Shown here one piece after another: positions 26,201 to 35,964 of a DNA stretch of 64,000 nucleotides (position 1 is the stretch's first letter; every line of letters begins with the position of its first letter). This DNA is from a virus. The notes beneath the pieces are model-generated. The model did not search any database. It was not told the DNA's origin and was given only the letters and a program-made list of their open reading frames with translations. The stretch lies in the IMG/VR virus record IMGVR_UViG_3300045988_175974, one strand, 5' to 3'. A program made the translations under genes and the position numbers.

Positions 26201-29200
26201 CTTCTCCGTGGCAAGCACATAGTAGGTGTTCTTGGAACAGTTGTCCGTACCTGCCATAAAATGATTGATGAAGGCGTAATGGAAACGGAGGCTCTTTTCA
26301 TCGATATACCAGCCGACGTACTTTTTGAAGTGAGCCACGATAGCGGCAATCAGCTCTTCGTTGAGCTTGGCAAACTGCGCCTTATTAGCAGACGCATTAT
26401 AGGCAGCTTGCGTCATCTCGTAGGTACGGAGATCGATACGCTCGAAAGCGCCGTTCTTCCACAATCCGGCATCTACCCACTTCCTGTTTACGAAATTGTA
26501 TCGTTTCAGGACATAGGCATCATCACCCTGCGTACACCAATACTTGAACTGGGTATTCTTTGCCTCGTCAGACAACTGGAAATCATTGAAAGTGCCAACG
26601 TAATGTTTGATTCTCGGAGCATGCAGATAAATGAAGTTGAATATCTCAGCTATTCTATTGGTCAGATGGTCCTTCGGATATTCCTTGCCGTTTATCACGG
26701 TGGTGGCTCCCCCATCAAAATCGATGCACTGCAATCCGTTGTAGAAGTAACCCTCGTCATCCGGAGAATAGGTAATAACTTCAGGGCAGGTTTTATCCAA
26801 CGTAAACGGAACTCGCATATCCGTCAGGTCGTAGTTGTTATCCGAACCCTCAAACATAGCGAAGTTAGGATAAAGCTTCTTGACATATCCCCACGTTGGC
26901 TTATCCATCTTTCCAGCTCCGAAATTGCCGCCGCCACGGAATACAGGCTTGCTCTCTCCCTCGCCTTGCGTAAAGAAATATACAGGTTCGGTGTACTTGG
27001 CAACTCGTGCCGTAGAGCAGGCTTGCTGAAGCGAGTTCTTGCCCACAACGATGTCGTGAAGGTCGTTAAAGAGACGACAGCAACCGGTAAGGTGTGACTG
27101 CATGGAAGAGGCATAGTTGATTTTCAGCACCAGCTTCACAGCGTAAGGAGTATTGAAACCTACCTGATAGCCAGCACCGCGGTACTTGCCGTTGCCGTCA
27201 ATCCATCCGTCAGGAACCTCTACCGATGGCACACCCGCTACCTCTACGTATCTGTAGAGCTTTGCTTCATTCTTCACCGGATCAGATTTTCCGAGATTAC
27301 CACCGTAAATAGCGACGAATCTCTCTGTTTCCTGCGTCTCGGCATTGGTAACAGGGTCTTGCAATACCCACGTCAGGTTGCTGCCCAGATTTACGAGAGG
27401 TACGATAATAACACCTGCGTCCGAAATCTTGGTCTGGTGATTAGAGTAGAAGTAAGTGTTAGCGGTAGAACCCTGACGCTTATCCTTCATCTTGGTCTCC
27501 TTGCAGATGGTACCAGAAAGTTCCGGAATATAGTTGCCATCCTCGTCATATTGAAAAATCTCCCACCATACCTTCTGCGAACCGCTGTTGTAGAAGTACG
27601 GCTCCACGCCGTGCAGAATCAGCACACGTTTGCCGAGTGCCTTCACCTTCTCAACATCCACTTTCTCGCCCGTGAGAATGTCGTTGCGCTTGCGTGCCGC
27701 ATTCTTCTCCTCGGTGGTCGGCAGAGTAGAAATGTAATCATCAATGACATTCTTGCTCTCCAACTGCATGTTCTGGTAGCATCGGAACGAATAAATATCA
27801 ATATCGGCTGCCTCCTGACCGATGGTGATACCGCCGTTACTCATCGCTCCGGTGCAGAACTCCTCCTTGTTGGATGTAGAGAACTTCACTTCTCTCACCG
27901 GGTCGCCATTCAGAAAAATGCGCGCCAGCGGAATGGTCGTGGCTGCGGTATTCAGTGAATCACTGGTAGGTACCAGTGCATCACCTTTGTTTGGTATCAC
28001 GGCATTATGGATGTTCAGTGCCAGATGTACACGTTCATTTTCTTCAATGTGGAAATCTACCTCCGAGTCGGTGCTGTTGGATGCAGAATAGATATAGCCT
28101 TCCAATGGCAGGAGTTTGAAACCGATGGTATTGCCAGCCACCTGCTCGCAGATTTGGATGATTGCCTTCTTGGTATCGGTGACGTTGCGCACGCGAAGGT
28201 CGAACTCGAAGGTCATAGACGAATCCGGGGTAGTGTAAAACTGAGAGAACGGATTGAACTTGAAGTTGACCGATGATCCGGCAGGCACACGGAGCACCTT
28301 GATACCGTCTTCGGCAGTTACCCAACCGTCATTTACAAAACCGAAATTCTTCCAGGTGCTCGCCACCTCGGCATTGTTTGCCTTGGCATTATAAATCTTG
28401 CGAGGGTCCTTCTCGGTATTGTTGCGCACTTTTGGATTGAGCAGGAATGTGGCTCCTGCGGTAGGCGCATAAGCCTCGGTGTTATCGATGTCGATGCTGA
28501 CATTATCTACGCCCATACAGTCGGTGAGGAAATCCACCTCCTCGTCGCCTACCTTACGGTACGCACGGAAATAGGCAGTAAACTTGTTGGACTGCTCATC
28601 CAATTCAATTTCCACCGTAGTGGAGAGGGTTGACTGAACGCCAGGCTGCACGTCCTGCTCTACACGGAAGTATTCTGTCACCTTATCGGAAGGGAACTTG
28701 TCGGTATAGGAGGTAAGATAGAAGATGGTGGTAACATTACCGCCATCATTGGTGATGCTTCCATCGCTGTTTACCTTCGGGCTATACACCGCATAATCGC
28801 AAAGCTTCACCTGAGTGAAGTTGACCGCCTCCTTTACCAGGTTCTGAATCATCAGATACGGCTTTCTAATATCCACACCTGCGGTCTGGGGATTGATGAT
28901 CATAAAACGGTTCTCCAGAACATCCGATTTCAGCGTGCCACCCAATCCGTCGTCGCAGGTAAGCCAAGCCTTTACCAGTCGCACACCGTGAGTAAAGAGC
29001 TTGTAGGTATCTGTAGGGTCCTTGTAAGTGCTTCGCACGGTGGTTCCGTTCTCGGTAGAGGCAGAATCACGGTTGATGGTCAACACCTGACCATTGCCAC
29101 CGGTAATCTCTATATGCAGGGTTTTCTGCACCTCGCCGTTCACCAGGTAGGCATAAGGGAAACCATTCGCCTGCTGGGTAGCGGCATAGATGGGGGTATG

Positions 29201-29926
29201 GTAATCCTGCCGGCAACTCAAAGAGAGGTTGGCGAGGGTTACGGATGCACCGATCACTACATAGGTAGAAGCCTGGCTCTGCTGGTTGCCATCACCGTCG
29301 AGATAAGTAAATCTCGCCTGCACTCTCACCTGCTGCGTGCCATCGGTGAGATAGGGTCCCAGATCGATGTTCTTATATTCGGTGGTATTGGAATAATCGG
29401 TAGAATCCAATACTTCCTCCAGGGTCGCTACGGTCTGCCAGGCGTTTGTACCGCTCTTGCGCTGTACCACCAGTGTACCCTTACTGCCTACGTTCAATCG
29501 GTCGCCGTTACTGGTACGCACGGCGTGGAAACGAAGGGGAACAATCAGCTCCTTTTTCGCTACTACAAGATTTTTGGTAGAAGAGATGGTAGAGAAGAGA
29601 TAAGCGCCATAGCTATCTCCTTGCACGGTAGAGATAGGCAATGCCTCGTCAACAAGCAGGAGTGCCTTGATACTCGCATCCTCTTTGTCTCCTGCGGCAT
29701 AAGCTTTGTAGTCTGCCTCATTGCGGAATCCCCACAGGTGATAGTAGTTGCTGCTATCGACGGTAGGAGACCAATGGTAGTAACCGACCTTCCTATCGTG
29801 CTCCTTCAACAAAGCCTGTAATGCTTCTCTTACCGCCTTACCCGAATAAGGCAAGCCGTTTCGTGCATCCTTACCCCAGTCTTCGGTAAGGACGTTGATA
29901 ATTTTGTTTTGACTGATTTTTGCCAT
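23255..29926 (-). CDS. Giant tail-fibre or receptor-binding-like protein (2,223 aa from ATG 29926) with a C-terminal C-type-lectin/DUF1566-like DGR-variable domain.
   Basis: Uninterrupted ORF. The C-terminus reads ...GNWYLPSEGELARVYNF...YWASTESSRGYAWHVYSYDGYTGGYYKYISFSVRAAVA. The ORF-track start at 29968 is a TTG. Confidence 0.85.
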   Translation of the reverse strand: MAKISQNKIINVLTEDWGKDARNGLPYSGKAVREALQALLKEHDRKVGYYHWSPTVDSSNYYHLWGFRNEADYKAYAAGDKEDASIKALLLVDEALPISTVQGDSYGAYLFSTISSTKNLVVAKKELIVPLRFHAVRTSNGDRLNVGSKGTLVVQRKSGTNAWQTVATLEEVLDSTDYSNTTEYKNIDLGPYLTDGTQQVRVQARFTYLDGDGNQQSQASTYVVIGASVTLANLSLSCRQDYHTPIYAATQQANGFPYAYLVNGEVQKTLHIEITGGNGQVLTINRDSASTENGTTVRSTYKDPTDTYKLFTHGVRLVKAWLTCDDGLGGTLKSDVLENRFMIINPQTAGVDIRKPYLMIQNLVKEAVNFTQVKLCDYAVYSPKVNSDGSITNDGGNVTTIFYLTSYTDKFPSDKVTEYFRVEQDVQPGVQSTLSTTVEIELDEQSNKFTAYFRAYRKVGDEEVDFLTDCMGVDNVSIDIDNTEAYAPTAGATFLLNPKVRNNTEKDPRKIYNAKANNAEVASTWKNFGFVNDGWVTAEDGIKVLRVPAGSSVNFKFNPFSQFYTTPDSSMTFEFDLRVRNVTDTKKAIIQICEQVAGNTIGFKLLPLEGYIYSASNSTDSEVDFHIEENERVHLALNIHNAVIPNKGDALVPTSDSLNTAATTIPLARIFLNGDPVREVKFSTSNKEEFCTGAMSNGGITIGQEAADIDIYSFRCYQNMQLESKNVIDDYISTLPTTEEKNAARKRNDILTGEKVDVEKVKALGKRVLILHGVEPYFYNSGSQKVWWEIFQYDEDGNYIPELSGTICKETKMKDKRQGSTANTYFYSNHQTKISDAGVIIVPLVNLGSNLTWVLQDPVTNAETQETERFVAIYGGNLGKSDPVKNEAKLYRYVEVAGVPSVEVPDGWIDGNGKYRGAGYQVGFNTPYAVKLVLKINYASSMQSHLTGCCRLFNDLHDIVVGKNSLQQACSTARVAKYTEPVYFFTQGEGESKPVFRGGGNFGAGKMDKPTWGYVKKLYPNFAMFEGSDNNYDLTDMRVPFTLDKTCPEVITYSPDDEGYFYNGLQCIDFDGGATTVINGKEYPKDHLTNRIAEIFNFIYLHAPRIKHYVGTFNDFQLSDEAKNTQFKYWCTQGDDAYVLKRYNFVNRKWVDAGLWKNGAFERIDLRTYEMTQAAYNASANKAQFAKLNEELIAAIVAHFKKYVGWYIDEKSLRFHYAFINHFMAGTDNCSKNTYYVLATEKDVTIDGETRHCVLMELHQDDVDTIMATDNNGRFTKKYYVDRMHPYADNDKTTSQYEGMNNVLFNLCEEAYENTRELQSMLKSIFSAMCKLVSENDHIEGWNGTSKVSVWGCLWKYLFYVNCYFSEIAFAEQARIRYEYPAMLGFISSGSGARGVAPITQSCGSSILGERQYMKQRLVYMASYAAWGNLFDGGKSENIGVADVTDTFAMQAFHLPDSATSATEYKFKVKPSQYLYPTGMMGQTSVDPHVRVAPDEEYELNLGTTTSNDTGLSILGINYYHSIGNIGNLSTSPNLSVTINGKRLTEVIAEPTMLYKDMVTGKMVPAFRPNNIIVSALQVQKLSLKGCVEIGGSLDTTNLVRLHTINVKDTAIYDVRLPKSKVLTSVALPANLSKLSLSELPVLKMVSLQGASQLVSLECDDSSLGISSEALVTSIYEYKQEGSPLALSTVKLTGVNYRSMRADVLRYLTAAKSSTISGKIILIDGSAGLLTFAEVFDLIEKYGNIQSTSNPLYVSYPKRTISKIQVGGDKYIKQTGIWNQWKLDILPTSGNNIAVRNNRPAVDYQFVGDNAEQAGQYAEFTDHVKGTLNVKKLSDASLDLKFQVRVRIELTDGTELTYTKGVGFYNRIPRVGDFAYSDGSFDDELDTSKTCVGVVFKSEKLSDSQIRLRVYSAENVSYVSDDKTINSSYIPWGIFPAITDNTDGNNYLLYTVGQDVLDEIGTAVGVGDICDIADLPNGYTRELYNTNEDGELKEDGRITTESYQDTTTEDGYKVLDPKSRLNEFDGKSNTDAIVRWANNVISLYLDESYPKTLQELSNRMAALVKKKADEGATYPDTWKQLYYPAAYGCHLYEPSVSGTSTLNEQYKKGNWYLPSEGELARVYNFFGNSRGWQNNTAASIDYANERPESEAVTPLFANLLKRAKDKSAVCPVAMMYQSAVYWASTESSRGYAWHVYSYDGYTGGYYKYISFSVRAAVAFTFSL
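23272..23397 (-). repeat. DGR variable repeat (VR) encoding the last ~42 residues of the target protein.
   Basis: 108 of 126 positions are identical to the TR. 17 of the 18 mismatches fall at TR adenines (coding strand). Confidence 0.85.
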
Positions 29927-30058
29927 ATAAAATATGTTTAATTTTTCCAACCTAGATTTTCCGTCCAAGGCTTCTCGTTAAGCCATAGACCGCTAGCGAA
30001 GCATGATAATACCGCTACCGCTGCCATTAACAATCGTCTTCTGAATCTACTCATAAGC

Positions 30059-30529
30059 TTATGATGTTTGTTCCCATTCTCCTGCTACCGCCAATCCGTT
30101 TACGATAGAAACCTGATAGGTACTATTCTCTACGAAATCAGGCTCCGCCACCCATCGCACGCCTGGGGGAAAGCTGATATTTACCTCACCGCTTCCCACC
30201 TTGAACTCCATCATATATTCATTAATGATGTCTGAGTCGCCTTTCTTGAAGGTGATATTAAGATGGGTAACGGTAGGAATCCAGCGGTAGAGCTTGTTAG
30301 GTTCCAGCTCTACCGTTGTTTCCGATGTTTCCACCACCAATCCCACTGCCTGCTTGTAGAGTGCATCGCTCAAAGCCGCACCTTGAATAAGGTAGGCTCT
30401 AGCGGCGGATGCAGGTATCTTCATCTGCTGACCGCTGGCTGCATAGAGCCAGAAGAAATCGACATCAGATACCTTTGAGCCAGTGGTAAGCTGGCTCGCT
30501 ATCTCCTGTATTTTTACTTCCTGTGCCAT
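30059..30529 (-). CDS. Hypothetical virion-module protein (156 aa).
   Basis: ORF located between the giant fibre-like genes. Confidence 0.55.
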   Translation of the reverse strand: MAQEVKIQEIASQLTTGSKVSDVDFFWLYAASGQQMKIPASAARAYLIQGAALSDALYKQAVGLVVETSETTVELEPNKLYRWIPTVTHLNITFKKGDSDIINEYMMEFKVGSGEVNISFPPGVRWVAEPDFVENSTYQVSIVNGLAVAGEWEQTS

Positions 30530-30532
30530 AAG

Positions 30533-30826
30533 CTATTCATTTTTGGGTGAATCACTCGCTGTCTGTATGGCTTTATCGATAGCCATAAAGAAGCAAGGTG
30601 CGGTGGTGCGTTCGGAGAGTTCCTTGATGATTTTTACCTCATCATCAGAATACTCCGTATCAGCACTTCCGTTCCACATCTTTATGGCAAGAGCCTGTCC
30701 TGCCAATCCATATCCTGCCCCCTGAGAATAGATGATATTTGCCATCTGCTTACGGGCGTTAACGACCTGACACTGATTCTTGTCGAGTGTCATAAATACT
30801 TCCAAATGTTCTAATTCTATCTTCAT
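30533..30826 (-). CDS. Hypothetical protein (97 aa).
   Basis: ORF separated by 3 nt from the next gene. Confidence 0.5.
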   Translation of the reverse strand: MKIELEHLEVFMTLDKNQCQVVNARKQMANIIYSQGAGYGLAGQALAIKMWNGSADTEYSDDEVKIIKELSERTTAPCFFMAIDKAIQTASDSPKNE

Positions 30827-30838
30827 ATCTAATTAATT

Positions 30839-33800
30839 TTAACTTATTACATAACATACAATCCACTGACCACCATTGTACCATATCCAACTTACTTGTC
30901 CTCTTGTATCCGAATACCAGGTTGTTGCTGTTTTGAAATTACGAGAATCATAGATACTTTTATTCGTTGAAAGTGTCACCCTACCTCCTTGCTGAATGAC
31001 CGTGTAGCATTGACCAAGTTTTGGGGAGGATGGCAGCGTTAGCGTTATTGCTGACGTATTGTCGCACGCCACCGTGTGATTATACTCAGTAAGAGTGTAG
31101 TTTGATGTAATCCTCACGAAAGACGGTCTTAAACCTATCACATCTCCACCACGTATGACGATAGCATGATTACCCTCGTAAGCGTTTGTTGAATCAAAAC
31201 TACCGGCTTGGTCAGCCCAACGCGTGCGTAAGTCTAATGCCGTACACATCTTTCCGCCTGAGATTGGGTCAGATGGCGTTACTGTTCCCGCAGTTATATC
31301 GACAAGAATACCTGTGCTTACGTTGTTAGATTCACTTGTAGTAGAAACTATCCGAAGCCCTGTATCTAAATAGCTACCGCAAGTTATAAAGTAACCTCCA
31401 CCGTGCAAATAGGAACGATTCATAAACTTCAAATACTCGCTAGACAACCCCATGCCTTCATTTTGCCCAACAGCACCTAAAGAATTTTTATAAATTGAGA
31501 ATCCGGCTATACTTCCGCTTGTTGCGTCAATTCGGCCTGTTACATCCGCATTAGTCATCTTAACCGCGCCATTTCTTTTAACGCTAAATGGAGCTGAAGC
31601 CCCGTCTGATGCGCCAAGCCACAGAGCGTAATCATCAGATGTGGCAGCGTAACGGAACGAACCCCAGAGCGTATCACCATCCATGATGTTAATCTGCTGC
31701 GAATTTGCCATTGTGATAGTGGCATTCGCTGCGAGCAGAAGCTTGGTTGCTACAAGGTCGAAGTTACTTCCTTGTGCCCAGTGTTCCGTATCATTAACAC
31801 TCGGTGACGATGATCGGTAGGATTTTATACAGTAATATACCTGCCCATCCACGACAACTACATCAATGAACTTATCGGTATCTTTAGTACCGTCGGAGTA
31901 ATCGTAACTTCCAGTCTCGAAGCCATCGTGAGTTCGCTGTATCGGACCCTTTGTTCCCCGTGGACCAGAACCGCCCTGTTCACCCCTATACGCAACGGTA
32001 TGCGACAAACACGAACCTTTTAATACTCCGCTATCCGTGAGGCTCTTGTACGTGATGGTGTGAGAGTTCTTTGTGTCCGTTGCTGTACCGACTACGGTAA
32101 ACAAATCATCTACACGGCATCCATTACGCTTGCTGGATGTATCTGAGTCGAACGTCCAGACTGTACCATACGTTCCTGCGTTATTCCATGTACTCTCATT
32201 CCAATCAGTTTTGGTTATGCTGGTTACATTTCCTACGCCCTGCTTGCCTGTGTCTCCCTTCGGTGCTTTGTATGCCCACAGAGCTGGAGAAGACCATAAG
32301 CCTTGCGAAACATTAGGCGTACCAACCTTACCCTCGTAATACGATACATAGACATAGCGGTTATCGTCTGTCGGAGATGGTGGGTCATCCACCCAGCCGC
32401 TTGATAACTTGCCGTTGCTTCTCGATGGCTTGCTAGGTGGTGTGGAAGAGTTGGAGAGATAGAAGACGTACTCGTATCCGTCACCATCTACGCCAGAGAC
32501 GTTTGGAAGAATGGTGAGAGTGATGGTATCAGAATAGCTGGCATTATCCAGTTTTCCGCTAACCTTCACCTTAACAACCTTGCTGCTTTTGCCCAGTGCA
32601 TAACTCTTTGCATACGATACGTTGATAGTTGTGCCGCTGATACTTACGCCCGAAGGGAGACTATCGGCTGATACCGAGAGGCTAGAGCAAAGCTTGCCAT
32701 CTACCACCAGCGTGCAGGATATAGCTTCGGAGAATGCAGCAAGGGAATTTCCTGCACTATCCGTAGGAATCGTCACGATATAATCTGACAGCGTAGCCTT
32801 TGCTGCGTGCTTTCCGAAATGCGCATACTCGGCAGGTTCAGAAAATGCTCCCCAATGACCATTGACAGAAACTCGCTTGCTTACCCATTCGTACAGATTC
32901 ACGGCATCCACACCAGTTGGGTCATCCGTCCAACCGCTAGGAACGTATTCCTTGTCGGTTCGTAGATACTCTGCATTCGTACTCCAATCGCTAGGAGTTG
33001 GGTTGCTTGGAGGAGTGGAATCCACCGTGCGCTTGAAGATATACTCGATACCCTTTCCATCCTTGCCGAAAGATACGATAGGAACCATCTCCTGATCGAG
33101 AAGTGAACCCTTGTTGTCATAAAGTGCAAAAGTGATTCGAGTGTGGTCGGTGGATGCTGTTGCGCTGCCGCCTAATGCCAATGCCGTATCAGCCGTATCT
33201 CCGTAGCCATATTTTAGCTGATAGCCCGAAGGAAGCGCTGAGAGTGCATATCTCTTGTCATCGCTCGATGTAGCATACACTTTACAGCTTACGCTACTAA
33301 CGTTTAGATTTCCATCCTTATCTACCACTACACTATCCACGGAAGGCACTACATCATAGACAATCATATCTGCCGAACGGAGAATAGTAAGTTCCTTGGT
33401 ATATTCATAGCTTACACCTGCATACACACCAACCACCGTGATAGGGATCTTGATAATCTGTTCGAGAATATCCGATGTGATATTGTCTGCATCAATCGTA
33501 ACCACTTTCTCCTTGTCCTGCAAGCTGACAGAAGCCTTCAAACCGTTTACCGCTCCTACGCTTAAATCGGAAATCTCCCAAGGAGTGTTCTGGTACATCA
33601 AACTTACCTTTGTTGTGATAGGCAGACCGATGTATTTTGCGGTCTTGGTGTTCCAGGCGATAGAAGCATTTTCGTTGCTCAAATCGCACACCATAAATGG
33701 TAGCGAGTCGTGATGAATGCGGACAGGGAACTCCAGGTTCTTTGTTACCTTGCCTTCCAGTTCTACCACGATAGTAATAGAACAGGCGGAAATCTTGCGC

Positions 33801-35746
33801 ATAGCATCGTAATCGAAGTCTGCATCATCAGCAGAGCCAGCTACACCATCCTTAATCTTATTAATGCCAGTAAGGAACACCGCACCATTCTCTACCTTTA
33901 CGTCACAACCGTTGCCGATTGCATATACACGATAATGCCCTGCGGTACATTCCATATTCTTCTCATCTTCGAGAAGAAGCAAATTCTCACCCTTATGAGC
34001 AAAGATAGCAGTGGAGATACGGTATTGCTTGACTCCTGCTTCATCGACCGACCACAGACCATTAATCACGTTGCCCAAATCATCCACCGTAATAACGGCG
34101 GCAGGCTGCGACATCGTGACATCATAGGCAGCTACATCGAGTTTCAGGCTATCCAAATCCTTAATCTGAGAGAGCGTAATCACGGCTCCACCGAGATACA
34201 CATTGTTCTGAGCAAAAAGACCATTACCCTTCAGGTTCTCCCAAGTGCCATCAGTCTTCTTCACTCGCAATCCTCCGAGCCAACCATATCTCGTTACTCG
34301 GTTTTCTGCCTGAATCTCCCAAGTATTCACGCCGTCGAGTACCTCGATGTAGCTTCTGCCGCGAGAGCAAAAGTACATACTGCTCTGTCGCTGCTCGTCC
34401 GTGAAGTTACCATATTGAGCGAAATCCATAAAGGCACAAGGATCAGGAGTTCCCTCGGAACGCTTACCGTACTCAAAGACAAACTTGCCTTTCTCTGCCG
34501 TGATAATCTTCTTGACGTAGAAATAGGTCGTGAAGAAACCTCGGTGCATAGTGAAACCGCATTCATCCATCTCACCCTCGTTGTTGGTATCAGAGCCGTA
34601 GGCATTCTCAATATCAGCATAGATACCTCGGCAAATATCACCTACGGACAGAGAACCGTAATCATTCTCTTCTAGTTTCAAATCGATGGTATGGTTGGTT
34701 ACGTCCACACTCTTGATAGTACCATAGCCGTTGGTGTTCCACTGCTCCGCTTTTGTAACGGAAATCTCATTGAAGACGAATTTCGGGGCAGAAATAAACT
34801 GTCGGGCAAAGATGGAATTGGCTTCCATATTGCCGTGCTCGTCAATCTGCGCTCCGTGGCCATACAAACCCTGCTCGAAATTATTGGTAAGGAACTTGAA
34901 TACCGAAAGAACACCTTCTCGTGTCCATTGTCCGGCATTATCGCCAATATCCATACCTGCCAGGAACTTCTGCACCTTTTCAAAGGTAATCGCGCCATGG
35001 GCTACATCATCCTTGTCTTTCGCCAGGAAATGCTTCACGCCAAACTGACCCAGATATAGAGGAGTAACCACCTTCGTGTTATCCGTCTCCAGGCTGAGAT
35101 CATTGGCTACGCCATTCAACTCGCTACCTCCGAGGGATAGCTTCGTGATTTTTGCAACCTTGGCAGTCAGCGTATCAAAGGTGGCAGAGAGGATGGTTTT
35201 GAGGAAGGAGATGGAATCGGTGACGGAATTATACTTCCACCAGGTGCCATCGATACCGCTCGAAAGGGATTCGTCGGTATTCAGTTTTCCACAATCCACG
35301 TGCTGGAGCCAGTCACGCTTGCGGGTCTTGCCATCTGCATCGGTTCTTACTTCAGAGATGATGCCCTGCAGATAGATGTAGTAGTATCTCTCGTCGCCTA
35401 CCAGCTTGTCGGGATTGGCGATGGAGTAGCCGTATAGATCGATGCGCTCGCTCGGATATACCACCACGGCGGTATTGTTGTCGGCGGTGCTCGTGCGGGG
35501 GATGGCTGCATAGATGTACTTCCGCTCGGAATCAGGGAAGACGGAAGGGTAGGCAGCAAGAGGCCAGCGCTGGTAGTTATGACCGGCATCGTACTCCAGA
35601 CCCGGAATGCCCTGCATATAGCAGAGGATGGATGCGCCGGAGACTACGCTACACTGAATGTAATCTGGCTCACCCATCGCATTAAGCTGGATGTAAAGCG
35701 CACTGCTCGAAATCCAATAATTCGTATTCTTTGCTTCTGTTGCCAT
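30839..35746 (-). CDS. Giant tail fibre/spike-like protein (1,635 aa from ATG 35746; an alternative ATG is at 35770).
   Basis: Internal repeats of the type G(I/Y)EY(I/V)F...PP(S)...P...GW(T/V)DDP are typical of phage fibre proteins. The ATG at 35770 is only 8 nt from the -7 box. Confidence 0.75.
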   Translation of the reverse strand: MATEAKNTNYWISSSALYIQLNAMGEPDYIQCSVVSGASILCYMQGIPGLEYDAGHNYQRWPLAAYPSVFPDSERKYIYAAIPRTSTADNNTAVVVYPSERIDLYGYSIANPDKLVGDERYYYIYLQGIISEVRTDADGKTRKRDWLQHVDCGKLNTDESLSSGIDGTWWKYNSVTDSISFLKTILSATFDTLTAKVAKITKLSLGGSELNGVANDLSLETDNTKVVTPLYLGQFGVKHFLAKDKDDVAHGAITFEKVQKFLAGMDIGDNAGQWTREGVLSVFKFLTNNFEQGLYGHGAQIDEHGNMEANSIFARQFISAPKFVFNEISVTKAEQWNTNGYGTIKSVDVTNHTIDLKLEENDYGSLSVGDICRGIYADIENAYGSDTNNEGEMDECGFTMHRGFFTTYFYVKKIITAEKGKFVFEYGKRSEGTPDPCAFMDFAQYGNFTDEQRQSSMYFCSRGRSYIEVLDGVNTWEIQAENRVTRYGWLGGLRVKKTDGTWENLKGNGLFAQNNVYLGGAVITLSQIKDLDSLKLDVAAYDVTMSQPAAVITVDDLGNVINGLWSVDEAGVKQYRISTAIFAHKGENLLLLEDEKNMECTAGHYRVYAIGNGCDVKVENGAVFLTGINKIKDGVAGSADDADFDYDAMRKISACSITIVVELEGKVTKNLEFPVRIHHDSLPFMVCDLSNENASIAWNTKTAKYIGLPITTKVSLMYQNTPWEISDLSVGAVNGLKASVSLQDKEKVVTIDADNITSDILEQIIKIPITVVGVYAGVSYEYTKELTILRSADMIVYDVVPSVDSVVVDKDGNLNVSSVSCKVYATSSDDKRYALSALPSGYQLKYGYGDTADTALALGGSATASTDHTRITFALYDNKGSLLDQEMVPIVSFGKDGKGIEYIFKRTVDSTPPSNPTPSDWSTNAEYLRTDKEYVPSGWTDDPTGVDAVNLYEWVSKRVSVNGHWGAFSEPAEYAHFGKHAAKATLSDYIVTIPTDSAGNSLAAFSEAISCTLVVDGKLCSSLSVSADSLPSGVSISGTTINVSYAKSYALGKSSKVVKVKVSGKLDNASYSDTITLTILPNVSGVDGDGYEYVFYLSNSSTPPSKPSRSNGKLSSGWVDDPPSPTDDNRYVYVSYYEGKVGTPNVSQGLWSSPALWAYKAPKGDTGKQGVGNVTSITKTDWNESTWNNAGTYGTVWTFDSDTSSKRNGCRVDDLFTVVGTATDTKNSHTITYKSLTDSGVLKGSCLSHTVAYRGEQGGSGPRGTKGPIQRTHDGFETGSYDYSDGTKDTDKFIDVVVVDGQVYYCIKSYRSSSPSVNDTEHWAQGSNFDLVATKLLLAANATITMANSQQINIMDGDTLWGSFRYAATSDDYALWLGASDGASAPFSVKRNGAVKMTNADVTGRIDATSGSIAGFSIYKNSLGAVGQNEGMGLSSEYLKFMNRSYLHGGGYFITCGSYLDTGLRIVSTTSESNNVSTGILVDITAGTVTPSDPISGGKMCTALDLRTRWADQAGSFDSTNAYEGNHAIVIRGGDVIGLRPSFVRITSNYTLTEYNHTVACDNTSAITLTLPSSPKLGQCYTVIQQGGRVTLSTNKSIYDSRNFKTATTWYSDTRGQVSWIWYNGGQWIVCYVIS

Positions 35747-35778
35747 TTTTTTGTTTGGATTTTTATTCATTTATAGGG

Positions 35779-35815
35779 CAAAGATAAAGGTTTTTGCGGT
35801 TTTAAGGGGGACAAA
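35779..35815 (-). promoter_or_regulatory. Promoter: TTTGTCCCC, N20 spacer, TATCTTTGCCC.
   Basis: Plus strand shows CAAAGATA at 35779-35786 and GGGGACAAA at 35807-35815. Confidence 0.55.
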
Positions 35816-35962
35816 AAAGCTTTTGCCCTTTCAGGGCGCATTGATGCTGCTGCCATTACCCAGGGTGTTACCCTGGGCTAGGAGCTGCTGCCCCTTCAGG
35901 GCGTATAGACGACGATAAGGGCAGCAGGGCGTATAGGCGATGATAGGACTGCAGGGCGTGCT
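35815..35962 (-). repeat. Family A repeat, copy A3, with extra CAGGGCGTATAG-type modules.
   Basis: AAAAGCTTTTGCCCTTTCAGGGCG...TACCCAGGGTGTTACCCTGGGCTAGGAGCTGCTGCCCCTTCAGGGCG followed by two further CAGGGCGT repeats. Confidence 0.85.
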
Positions 35963-35964
35963 GG

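Noticed and set aside
26072-27097. 341-aa plus-strand ORF. Similar long plus ORFs occur at 28988-29821, 33710-34675, 27359-27958 and 39219-39899.
   Set aside because: They lie entirely antisense within the giant minus-strand virion genes. They have odd, low-complexity or hydrophobic composition and no promoter context. They are shadow ORFs of long coding regions.
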